A DNA stretch of 64,000 bases from Candidatus Latescibacterota bacterium (GTDB taxonomy: Bacteria > Latescibacterota > UBA2968): NCBI GenBank assembly GCA_965208125.1, contig OZ242320.1:4832001-4896000 (forward strand). Reading direction: 5' to 3'. Below are positions 9,722 to 18,131 of the stretch, in pieces. The translations under genes were made by a program, and so were the position numbers. Under the pieces are notes generated by a model, which was not told where the DNA came from, did no database searches, and was given only the letters and a program-made list of their open reading frames with translations. Numbering within the stretch: position 1 is the first letter of the stretch; each line of letters starts with the position of its first letter.

Positions 9722-11128
9722 ATGAATATGGTGGTGATTTGCTGCGATACGTTTCGCGCAGATATTGTCGGAGCGGGTAAAAAGTTGAGCCATGTGAAAA
9801 CCCCTCATTTAGATCAATTGGCTTCTGATGGCCTGATCTTTAATCGCTGTTTTGCAGAGGGCTTGCCGACGATTCCTTTTCGGCGGTGTGTGTTTACGGG
9901 TATTCCGTCTTTTCCCTGGCGTTTTGATACGCCGAATGAAGGATTACAGCCAGCAGGCTCTGGCTGGCATCCTATTCCACCAGATCAGGATACGCTTGCG
10001 GAACGCCTGCACGATGCGGGCTTCGTTACGGGCCTGGTCGCGGATACCTATCACATGTTTAAGCCGACGCAGAATTTCACGCGGGGTTTTTTGTCGTGGC
10101 GGTTTATTCGCGGGCAGGAACAAGATGGATATCGCTCGGGGCCGCTGTCGCGCATTGATCTGGCAGCGCATGTACGGGATGGGGATGCAGACCCCAGGAA
10201 ACATGCGGTAATTGTTCAATATTTGCTCAATATGCTGGATCGGCAGGAGGGCGAAGAGAATTATCTCGCGGCTCAAGTGTTCCGCGAGGCATCGCAATGG
10301 GTGGAGGACAATAGGGGCAACAAGCCGTTTTTCCTGTGGATTGACAGCTTTAGTCCACACGAGTTATGGGATCCGCCCAGGCAGTATGCCGATGCTTATT
10401 TTTCAGATCCCTCGGTGAAGGATTATATCCATCATAGCGTCTTGTCCATTGACGATGCTACAGATGCGGAAATAGAGCGCACAAAAGCATTGTATATGGG
10501 CTATATCACATTTGTAGATCGCTGGATTGGACATTTGTTGGAAACGATTGACCGATTGAATTTACGGGACGATACGGTGGTGATGTTCATATCCGATCAC
10601 GGCACGCAATTGATGGATAGGGGGCGGTTTGGCAAGGGCGGTAATGCGCTGTTTCCCTTTAATACGCAGATAAACTGGATTGTCCGCCATCCGGATGGGC
10701 CGCGCGGACAGCACTCGGATACCTGGACGCAGAATCAGGATATTACGCCGACGATTCTCAATATGCTGGGCGTTGATTACGAAGAGATGGATGGCGCAGA
10801 TGCCTGGGCATGTGTGACGGGTGGATGCGAACCTGCTCGGGACTACATCACAACGGGTTGGGCAACGAACTTTAATGTGCGGGATGATCGCTATAGCGTA
10901 CACATGGATGTGGGAACGAGATCACCGGAGGCCACGGTTTACGATTTGAGTGTGGATGCCGATGAAAAAAATCCCCTGAGCGATCCGCCCCGCGAGGTCG
11001 TTGAGCAGGCATTGGAACGGGCGCGTGCTGTGATTGGCGATTTTCCCGATGTGTTTAGCGCGTACAAACAGAGACATCCGGCGCGGGCAATGCGGACGTT
11101 TATGAACAAGTATAATCTTGGAACATGA
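9722..11128 (+). CDS. Sulfatase-like / alkaline phosphatase superfamily hydrolase (Thr at the formylglycine position)
   Basis: DTFRAD, PTIPFRR..FTG, SPHELWDPP, SDHG. Start ATG 9722 after AAGGAG. Confidence 0.85.
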   Translation: MNMVVICCDTFRADIVGAGKKLSHVKTPHLDQLASDGLIFNRCFAEGLPTIPFRRCVFTGIPSFPWRFDTPNEGLQPAGSGWHPIPPDQDTLAERLHDAGFVTGLVADTYHMFKPTQNFTRGFLSWRFIRGQEQDGYRSGPLSRIDLAAHVRDGDADPRKHAVIVQYLLNMLDRQEGEENYLAAQVFREASQWVEDNRGNKPFFLWIDSFSPHELWDPPRQYADAYFSDPSVKDYIHHSVLSIDDATDAEIERTKALYMGYITFVDRWIGHLLETIDRLNLRDDTVVMFISDHGTQLMDRGRFGKGGNALFPFNTQINWIVRHPDGPRGQHSDTWTQNQDITPTILNMLGVDYEEMDGADAWACVTGGCEPARDYITTGWATNFNVRDDRYSVHMDVGTRSPEATVYDLSVDADEKNPLSDPPREVVEQALERARAVIGDFPDVFSAYKQRHPARAMRTFMNKYNLGT

Positions 11129-12041
11129 GAGGCGGAATTTGAACTACACAGTCGAACAGCATCCCGATCATCACCGTTTGCATCACATCACAATTGATGC
11201 CGATGCCGCAGCGAGATTTGTGCGCGAGGTCGAAGACCTTACGGAACAGCGATTGACTTATGTGCCGTATTTGAGATTGATCGCTGCGGATCATCTGCAA
11301 AACATCGTCGGTGGCGATTTTTTCGAGCATATCAATGCGATCGTTAGAGACCGCGCAACAGGGGGTTTTACCATTTCTGCTGAGGGTGGGTTTGAGACGA
11401 TGGATCAGCGCGTTGCTTTTGGGACGGCTGTTTCGCATGCGATCGGGATTCCCAATTTTGACGATATGACGGGGAATTACTACGCCTGTTTTGAGGTGAA
11501 GGATACGGATAATAGCGATTCGTATTTGCGTCAGGCATATCGTCTTTTTACGCTCCATACCGACGGCACGTATGTCCGCGAGCGCACGGACTGGATTTTG
11601 ATGATGAAGATGGCGGAGCACGATGCGGTGGGAGGAGAGTCGCGGTTGTTGCATCTGGATGATTGGGAGGCGTTAGATCACTTTGCCAGCCATCCATTGG
11701 CTTCTTTGCCCCTGAACTATCAGTCTCCGCCGAGTAAGAATTATCCCGTTACGATTGAAAAAACGACGTTCTACGAACGAGACGGCAAAGCGTGTGTGTG
11801 TTTTATCGATCAGTTTGTCTATCCCGAGACCATTGAGCAGGGTCGATATCTGCGCGATCTCTCCGATTCGATGGAAGCGTCACAGGGGGTGGTTTCGCTG
11901 CCCTTGCCGCCCGATCATATAGTGGTGCTCAACAACCATTTCTGGCTGCACGGACGCGAGGCATTTGTGAAAAATCGCGAGCTCTACCGCTTGCTGATGC
12001 GGCAGAGGGGATATTTCAGGAAGGAAATGGAGGTGAAATGA
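11118..12041 (+). CDS. glaH: Glutarate 2-hydroxylase (CsiD/GlaH), Fe(II)/2-oxoglutarate dioxygenase
   Basis: NFDDMTGNYYA, DNSDSYLRQ...LHTDGTYV.E.TD..LMMK, LLHLDDW, NNHFWLHGR, RQRGYF closely follow CsiD. The start could instead be TTG 11139. Confidence 0.85.
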   Translation: MEHERRNLNYTVEQHPDHHRLHHITIDADAAARFVREVEDLTEQRLTYVPYLRLIAADHLQNIVGGDFFEHINAIVRDRATGGFTISAEGGFETMDQRVAFGTAVSHAIGIPNFDDMTGNYYACFEVKDTDNSDSYLRQAYRLFTLHTDGTYVRERTDWILMMKMAEHDAVGGESRLLHLDDWEALDHFASHPLASLPLNYQSPPSKNYPVTIEKTTFYERDGKACVCFIDQFVYPETIEQGRYLRDLSDSMEASQGVVSLPLPPDHIVVLNNHFWLHGREAFVKNRELYRLLMRQRGYFRKEMEVK

Positions 12042-12044
12042 ATA

Positions 12045-13052
12045 ATGCCTAAAATCAACGACTTAGACTTAAAAAATTGGAAGGAATACAGCGACATTCT
12101 CACCGATAGCATGTGGTCAATTGATGAGCGCGACAGATCGGGTGCTCACAACAATGCTTATCACGGCAATTTTATTCCACAAATTCCTAATCAGATGATG
12201 AGGCGGTTTACGCAAAAGGGCGATGTGGTCTTGGATGCCTTTTTGGGGCATGGTACGACACTCATTGAATCGAAGCGATTAGGACGAAATGGTATAGGCG
12301 TTGAGTTGGTACCAGAAGTGGCAGAAATTGCTATGCAAAACTTGAGCCAGGAAGAATTACCATTTGGTAGAACTGAAGCACTAAACAGCGAAAATGTTTT
12401 GACGGAGGTTATTGTTGCTGATAGTACAACTCAATATGCGCGTACCAAAGTTTTGGAAGTACTCAACAAAATAGGAAAGAAAAATATCGACTTGATTTTA
12501 CTACATCCCCCATATCACGACATTATCCATTTTAGTGACAAAAAAGAGGATTTGTGTAATGCATCAACGGTTGAAGAATTTACCGCAAAATTCGGCGATG
12601 TGATTGAAAATTTTTCCGATTTATTAGACCGAGATAGATACATGGCAGTTATTATCGGCGACAAATACACAAATAGCGAGTGGGTACCGCTTGGTTTTTA
12701 TCTCATGCAAGAAACACTGAGGCGCGGCAAGGACTTACAGCTAAAAAGCATTGTGGTGAAAAATATGGTGAATAATCGGGCGAAACAAAATCAAGAAAAT
12801 CTGTGGCGTTATCGCGCGCTCGTTGGGGGGTTCTACATTTTCAAACACGAGTACATTTTTGCTTTTAAAAAAGTATCAAGCAAGACAACAAAAGTCAGCA
12901 CCTCTGATGCAATTAAGGTCTATACTACAAGATCGGGAACGAAGTACCATAGCGCCGACTGTCGATATTTAGGAAGAGATCAGATTTCCACCTCATTGAA
13001 AAATGCTAAGAAAGACTATTCTCCTTGCTCATTCTGCAAACCAGCAGAATAA
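12045..13052 (+). CDS. Amino (N4-C/N6-A) DNA methyltransferase with C-terminal Ada-like Zn-binding domain
   Basis: YHGNFIPQIP, motif I DAFLGHGTT, motif IV HPPY, HEYIFAFKK. Tail VYTTRSGTKYH..DC..L...YSPCSFC. Confidence 0.88.
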   Translation: MPKINDLDLKNWKEYSDILTDSMWSIDERDRSGAHNNAYHGNFIPQIPNQMMRRFTQKGDVVLDAFLGHGTTLIESKRLGRNGIGVELVPEVAEIAMQNLSQEELPFGRTEALNSENVLTEVIVADSTTQYARTKVLEVLNKIGKKNIDLILLHPPYHDIIHFSDKKEDLCNASTVEEFTAKFGDVIENFSDLLDRDRYMAVIIGDKYTNSEWVPLGFYLMQETLRRGKDLQLKSIVVKNMVNNRAKQNQENLWRYRALVGGFYIFKHEYIFAFKKVSSKTTKVSTSDAIKVYTTRSGTKYHSADCRYLGRDQISTSLKNAKKDYSPCSFCKPAE

Positions 13053-13222
13053 AGTATCCACTGATTTTTTATGAAGAGAGACCCTAAATAGATCCAAGTA
13101 GAGTATAATCCACATCGACATTTTTCTATCGCCTGCTACGCACCAATAGCTTATGCACAGCCGCATCAATCACAGGTTTGAAACCCAAGCTATAAACACT
13201 TCACCAAAATAGGGAACTCCAG

Positions 13223-14392
13223 ATGACAACACATGTTTTCATTGTTGACTCAACGACATTCAAAATCCACTTGGAATATCTTTTTGCCGGTACTGGTGCA
13301 AAAGAAAACAGAGTTGACTTCAATAATAGTCCAGACATCTATCTTCACCCAACAAGAGAAAATATGCTTGTTGGCATGATTGCCGATGGAAGCAGAATTA
13401 GGCAAGGAGACCAAATTGTGTTCTACTTACAGCAGGATTTTTCGAGAGGAATTTTTGAAGGTAAGTTTTTTGGAATTTTCAAAGCCAAACACGACTGGTC
13501 GTTCTTAGACAATAATGACGGTCTGCAATATCTCAGAGACGAACTAAAAAAATCACTAACTTTCAGAACTTTTATTGAGCCATATAGAGTCTATGCCGAA
13601 GGCGTAACAGAATGGGAGGCGTTAGATGAAATTCAAAACATAAACTCTCCGAATCAAATGCTATGGAGCTTGATATACCGAAAACTGAAAGGCAATCGCG
13701 GCAATACAATGATAACAATTTATGAGGCAGAACGATTGACGCAACTTATTAGAAATAAAAATACACAAACAGAATTGAATTGCCAAAATAAGAGGCTTTC
13801 ATTTGACCCTAATGAACAAAAAATAGTTTGTCTTAACGACGAGCCAAGAACTTACGGGGGGATGAGGCAAGAGGAACTAAACCTATTACCGCGATTAATT
13901 GCAAAATATGAAGCTGGAAGAGCATTTGAATCGCATTTACAGGCGTACATAACAAAGAATATAGGAAGGAATATAAATGCGAGTTTGAACGAGGCAATAC
14001 TTGACGGCGCGCAAATCGAATGGCTTGGCAATGAAGTGTCCTGCGGCGTTGGTATGCAGAGAATTGATATTATGGCATCAGCCATACAAAATGAACAAAG
14101 AATACTTATTGCCATTGAACTTAAAGCGGTCGAAGCGCAGGAGAATAACGTAAACCAAATTCAAAGATACGTTGATTGGATTGAGCAATATTATATTCCG
14201 AACCGCCCAAGTGATATTCAGCCAATGCTGATCACAAAAGAAATTGCCAATAAACAATCATTGGTCTATCAGCAATTAATTCAGAGTTTTTACAGTTTTA
14301 ACCAGACAAATAACGGACGGTGTGACCGACTAAAATTTATTGAATTTAGCTTGGTTGGAGATGAGTTATATTTTTCAATCGTCCCTTATTGA
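13223..14392 (+). CDS. Putative restriction endonuclease: N-terminal EVE/PUA-like domain plus C-terminal NucS-like PD-(D/E)xK domain
   Basis: IRQGDQIVFY...GKFFGIFKA is EVE-like. FESHLQ...E...RIDI...IELK...QIQRYVDW is a PD-(D/E)xK/NucS/Mrr-type signature. AT-rich and adjacent to the MTase. Confidence 0.75.
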   Translation: MTTHVFIVDSTTFKIHLEYLFAGTGAKENRVDFNNSPDIYLHPTRENMLVGMIADGSRIRQGDQIVFYLQQDFSRGIFEGKFFGIFKAKHDWSFLDNNDGLQYLRDELKKSLTFRTFIEPYRVYAEGVTEWEALDEIQNINSPNQMLWSLIYRKLKGNRGNTMITIYEAERLTQLIRNKNTQTELNCQNKRLSFDPNEQKIVCLNDEPRTYGGMRQEELNLLPRLIAKYEAGRAFESHLQAYITKNIGRNINASLNEAILDGAQIEWLGNEVSCGVGMQRIDIMASAIQNEQRILIAIELKAVEAQENNVNQIQRYVDWIEQYYIPNRPSDIQPMLITKEIANKQSLVYQQLIQSFYSFNQTNNGRCDRLKFIEFSLVGDELYFSIVPY

Positions 14393-14454
14393 TGAAATTT
14401 GTAGGAATAAACGGCGAACCTTTGTCCGTGTCAACTTTACACTGACTACAATCT

Positions 14455-14690
14455 GTCTCGACCCTGTCACCTTGGTCCGAGACCCACTTCAAGGGGCCCC
14501 GCCCGCCACGTTAATATCGCACCACTGGGCGCGTGTGGGCATTCTGCGGAATTGGTCTGCCCCGCCGTTACAGGCCACGCAATCAACTGTGTCGGAACCG
14601 AACCTGGAGGTGGTTAGCTGCGGTATTCCCAATAAAGCCGCGTGGAACTGCTGAGAAATTTGCATTTGGATTGGTCGTCTCATATCCACA
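14455..14690 (+). ncRNA. Candidate structured non-coding RNA of unknown family
   Basis: GC-rich segment between AT-rich genes with a series of back-to-back hairpins, a C(UGCG)G tetraloop and G-U pairs consistent with the + strand. TACAAT -10-like box at 14447-14452 and a terminator directly downstream. Confidence 0.6.
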
Positions 14691-14692
14691 GT

Positions 14693-14728
14693 AAAAGCCC
14701 GACTTGATTAGAACAGGTCGGGCTTTTT
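14693..14728. terminator. Bidirectional rho-independent terminator
   Basis: AAAAGCCCGACTTG-ATTAGAA-CAGGTCGGGCTTTTT. Confidence 0.85.
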
Positions 14729-14797
14729 GTTTCTGACGCAAGATTGGGAAATCGCGTCACGCATCCAATGCTTGCCCAAATGCCTCGATAAATGATG

Positions 14798-15250
14798 CTA
14801 TTCGAAACTTTCCAATGCCAGAATTAGATGCTCTGGAAAGTCAGGAGGTAAGTTTGTTCGATATCGTTTTTCGCTGGTCAACCAGATACAATCAAGTTTG
14901 TTTGCAAGGACGATATAAGTCGCATCATAAAATCCGCGATTAAAGCGGATAGCAAAATCCAAAATTGTTTGTCGATCTTGTACGCTCAAGTCACAAAACA
15001 CAATTGGCAATTCAGAGAATGTTCGATACGCTTCTATTGCTTGATCTGTTTCGATACGCTGCCTACCACTGCGCTGTGCCCGGGTGATAATGTGACCTAA
15101 TTCATACTCGAGAATATGCGGTGCATAAAAAACGATCTCTTTAGCTAAGAACCGAATGAGAAACGTCTCTGCAATATCTACCACGTCTTCGTCGTTTAAG
15201 AACCACTTAGCAGCAACTGACGCATCTAAAACGTATCTTTCATTGATCAT
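14798..15250 (-). CDS. vapC: VapC-family PIN-domain toxin
   Basis: YVLDASVAAKWF, E..H, FYDATYIVLA, LTSE: the acidic PIN residues. Confidence 0.88.
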   Translation of the reverse strand: MINERYVLDASVAAKWFLNDEDVVDIAETFLIRFLAKEIVFYAPHILEYELGHIITRAQRSGRQRIETDQAIEAYRTFSELPIVFCDLSVQDRQTILDFAIRFNRGFYDATYIVLANKLDCIWLTSEKRYRTNLPPDFPEHLILALESFE

Positions 15251-15401
15251 TTAACCGCCTTAAAATCTCACCAGAATTCACTACTACAGGACCAATAGCT
15301 TTGCGAATCTTTTTTATTCGATTAAATAAATTTTTTTCTGGTGCGTTCAGTTTGCGAATATCGCCTCGAATGAGTGGTCGTGTTGTCATCTGTCCAGGCA
15401 T
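15240..15401 (-). CDS. Putative 53-aa antitoxin (not in ORF track)
   Basis: MPGQMTTRPLIRGDIRKLNAPEKNLFNRIKKIRKAIGPVVVNSGEILRRLNDQ. AAAGGAGA RBS. Overlaps the vapC start. The S-x-E-I-L-R-x-L tail resembles VapB C-termini. Confidence 0.65.
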   Translation of the reverse strand: MPGQMTTRPLIRGDIRKLNAPEKNLFNRIKKIRKAIGPVVVNSGEILRRLNDQ

Positions 15402-15486
15402 ATTGTTTCTCCTTTGTTTTTACAAATTTACGGACTTTCCAATTATTCTTCAACCTGATTAACGATTGCCTATAATTCTGCGGATG

Positions 15487-18021
15487 CTAAAATTTCGGTG
15501 CCGGGAAATCCGGTAGCGGCGTATTTCGAAACGTTTCCCATTCTGTGCGGAGGTCGTTGAGCCATGGGGGAAGGGTTTGAAGGCGCGATTCGAGTTGGGC
15601 TTCGAAGAGCGATTCCGGTTCGACTGGGCTGCCGTTGGATTCGATGACCTGGAGGGTGCTTTCATTGAAGGTGGCGGGATCGCCGTGCAATCCGACGATG
15701 ATGGGCTGCACAAATCGGTCGCGAGCGTCGCCTGGTCGCCAAAAATCGTAGTATCTCAGAATGCCTCGATGTTTGAAATTCCAGAGGACATAATGCTTGA
15801 GGTGATTGGGATAATTGGCGAGGGACGCGCCGCTACCATACAGGATACCGCCATTGACGCGGTCGAGCAGGCTGGCATAAGGTTGGGCACCATGGGCGTC
15901 AATGCGTTGATCTGGACGCATGTCATAACGCCAGTACACGGTTCCAGCAGAGCGACTGTTCGTGCCCGGTCCATGCCAGTGGCCTGCAAGGTCTTCTGAC
16001 AGCCCGATCCATACGCCATAACCGCCATCGCTGGCAATAGATGAATGGCCCAGATTTCCCGCCTGTGTGACGTGGTACACGGATACGGAAGAACTCAAAC
16101 TTATGCGAAGGGCGCGATTACAATTGATGAAGGATGTGCGCCGTATCCAGGAATTGACGCATCGGGTGAGCCGGAGCAAACTCCAGCCACCATCGTGAAT
16201 AGCGTCTTTGTGGTGGACAAAATCATCCAGCCAGGTGCCGTGAAAGCTGATGTCTTCAACGCCGATTTCCTCGAGGTGCTGATATTCGCGCACGGTCCAG
16301 TTATGCGTGTGGTTGACATCGGTGTGCAGGGGTTCGTTGAGGCGAATTCGATTGCCCTGTATTTCGGCTATGCTGTGCTTTTCGCGCACCTGGATACCAT
16401 TGGTCAGCATGGTGGTCCAGATGGATTCTGCCGAGTAGGGCGCGAGAAATTCCGAGATGGCTGCGGTGCTGTTCATATAGAGCGTAATCCATTGACCAGG
16501 AAAGAGTCTGGAAGCGTCGGCTACTGTGATGTAGAAGGTTTCTCGGGCGGCACTTTCCGTAATAGGCGTCAGGGATCTATCGCTGGTGTTGCGGGGTTGA
16601 AAAATGAACATATAGGGCGATGTCCACAGTTGTTCGGGATTGAGTGGCGGCATGTAGTTCACCTGCCGGATGATTGTGCCTCCGCTTCGGCTACCGCTTC
16701 CCTTGAGGATGATATTGCTGTTGCGGATGTAGATGGACTGGTTGTTGTCGGCATTGGTATTGACGAGAAATTCGCCTGGGGGAAAGAAGACAATGCCGCC
16801 GTTGTTTTGCTCGGCTGCGGTAATGGCGCGCACGATAGCTGCCTGGTCTGAAAGGCCATCGTTGGGGATAGCACCATAAGCTGTGACGTCGAATACGTCG
16901 CCCTGGATATCGGGAATGGGTTTGTCAAAGTAGTGATAGCCCGCGTAGGAAAAGTCGGGTAAAATGGGTTCTGTGCCATTTTCTTTGGCCGCTACAAATT
17001 GTGTCCAGGTGCGTGCAGGCCCAATCTGGGGGACATAAGATATCCAGTTGCTCCGTGTCTGAATAAAATCAGCAACTTGCGCCCAAATTGGGATGGGATG
17101 TGTACTGGTGGGGTCGCGTGAGGCGAGAATATCCCGGGGAATTGGCACGCGGATCAGGGTTGTTCCCGCCTGAATGGTCTGTGTCAACAGGGGCTGTGTT
17201 TCGGTTCCCACCGCGATGTTTAAAGTTTGTGTGGTGTGATTTTTAAATGTGATGGGTATGTACCACTGCGTGCCGCCAGATCCGAATCCAGCGGTAAAAG
17301 TGAGAAAATCCCCAAAACCGATTTGTCCATCAGAATCGAGATCGTAGAGGGGATCATATCCCGCATCGGTCTGGGTTGCACCGAATTTTTGGGCGAAGAG
17401 TAGAAAATCAGTAAAACCAACGGCTCCGTTGCCATCAAAATCGAGATGGTCAATGGAGCCTTTTTCATATACAGGCGCGTCAACTTGCCAGGAAAAGGTC
17501 TGATCGACGGTTGCAATATGATCGATGAGCAGACGCGCATTTGAATTTTGACTGGTCTCTGTTCTGAATGTGATGTACCGCCTGTTGTAATCGGGTTCTC
17601 TGCCCCAGTTATCGTATTGGGGTTTTGCCAGTTCTACAACGGCAAGTTGCCACCCCTGAGGCGGTGTTTGTCCCTCCCATATCGTATATACAGCTTCCAT
17701 GCCGCCGACCAGGGGATAGTTGCGAACTTTGATTTTGAGGTCCCTCAGGCCACTGCCTTCTACTTTCCACCAGAAGCTCAGGCTGTGTTTCTGGGAGATG
17801 TCCTGCCCTGTGCTAAAAAAATTGTAGGTAAAGAATCCCGTTTGACCGACTGGTGGGGAAGCAACGATGGCAAAGCGACCCTCTGGCGCGTCTTTGGATA
17901 ATTGTACACCGCTGGACCAGCCGGAAAGATTGTCGCAATAGGTCAGCGTTTGCACCGGATCGCTGGCAGAGCAAGCACAGGCCCACAGAAATACAATTGT
18001 GAAGGTGATGGTTGATCGCAT
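15487..18021 (-). CDS. Secreted beta-helix polysaccharide-lyase-like protein (DUF4955-like) with carbohydrate-binding-like N-terminus and dockerin/EF-hand repeat
   Basis: Signal peptide. Duplicated DFDGNGAVGFTDFLLF / DLDSDGQIGFGDFLTF. LPDFSYAGY, FDVTAYGAIPND, GIVFFPPG (pectate-lyase-3-like start). PESLFEAQL. Confidence 0.75.
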   Translation of the reverse strand: MRSTITFTIVFLWACACSASDPVQTLTYCDNLSGWSSGVQLSKDAPEGRFAIVASPPVGQTGFFTYNFFSTGQDISQKHSLSFWWKVEGSGLRDLKIKVRNYPLVGGMEAVYTIWEGQTPPQGWQLAVVELAKPQYDNWGREPDYNRRYITFRTETSQNSNARLLIDHIATVDQTFSWQVDAPVYEKGSIDHLDFDGNGAVGFTDFLLFAQKFGATQTDAGYDPLYDLDSDGQIGFGDFLTFTAGFGSGGTQWYIPITFKNHTTQTLNIAVGTETQPLLTQTIQAGTTLIRVPIPRDILASRDPTSTHPIPIWAQVADFIQTRSNWISYVPQIGPARTWTQFVAAKENGTEPILPDFSYAGYHYFDKPIPDIQGDVFDVTAYGAIPNDGLSDQAAIVRAITAAEQNNGGIVFFPPGEFLVNTNADNNQSIYIRNSNIILKGSGSRSGGTIIRQVNYMPPLNPEQLWTSPYMFIFQPRNTSDRSLTPITESAARETFYITVADASRLFPGQWITLYMNSTAAISEFLAPYSAESIWTTMLTNGIQVREKHSIAEIQGNRIRLNEPLHTDVNHTHNWTVREYQHLEEIGVEDISFHGTWLDDFVHHKDAIHDGGWSLLRLTRCVNSWIRRTSFINCNRALRISLSSSVSVYHVTQAGNLGHSSIASDGGYGVWIGLSEDLAGHWHGPGTNSRSAGTVYWRYDMRPDQRIDAHGAQPYASLLDRVNGGILYGSGASLANYPNHLKHYVLWNFKHRGILRYYDFWRPGDARDRFVQPIIVGLHGDPATFNESTLQVIESNGSPVEPESLFEAQLESRLQTLPPWLNDLRTEWETFRNTPLPDFPAPKF

Positions 18022-18131
18022 TGTTTTTTCCCGTGAATTTTATGCTAAAAAAATAGGGGTTGGACAAGATGACCACAATACGCTATCTTGTGATCAGTGA
18101 TGGACACGCCTTTTAAGAAAAGGATACCACA

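Noticed and set aside
14497-14520. Pistol ribozyme, suggested by GCCACGTTAA
   Set aside because: The upstream CGTGG arm and the loop/pseudoknot partner of pistol P1 are absent. CACG pairs downstream instead.
14340-14689. ORFs 14340-14654 (+) and 14489-14689 (-)
   Set aside because: No RBS or recognisable motifs, and the first overlaps the nuclease gene. The region is better explained by RNA structure.
14401-14728. tmRNA, RNase P, SRP, 6S or IscB omega-RNA as the identity of the structured block
   Set aside because: There are no tRNA-like ends or tag ORF, no GAGGAAAGTCC, no SRP helix-8 motif, no end-to-end 6S rod and no adjacent IscB/TnpB gene. A covariance search is still needed to be sure.
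16045-16851. 268-aa plus-strand ORF, and similar long antisense ORFs (38826-39671, 48567-49328, 44503-45183, 57657-58310)
   Set aside because: All lie opposite strongly supported genes and lack motifs or RBS. Such shadows are expected from codon bias.
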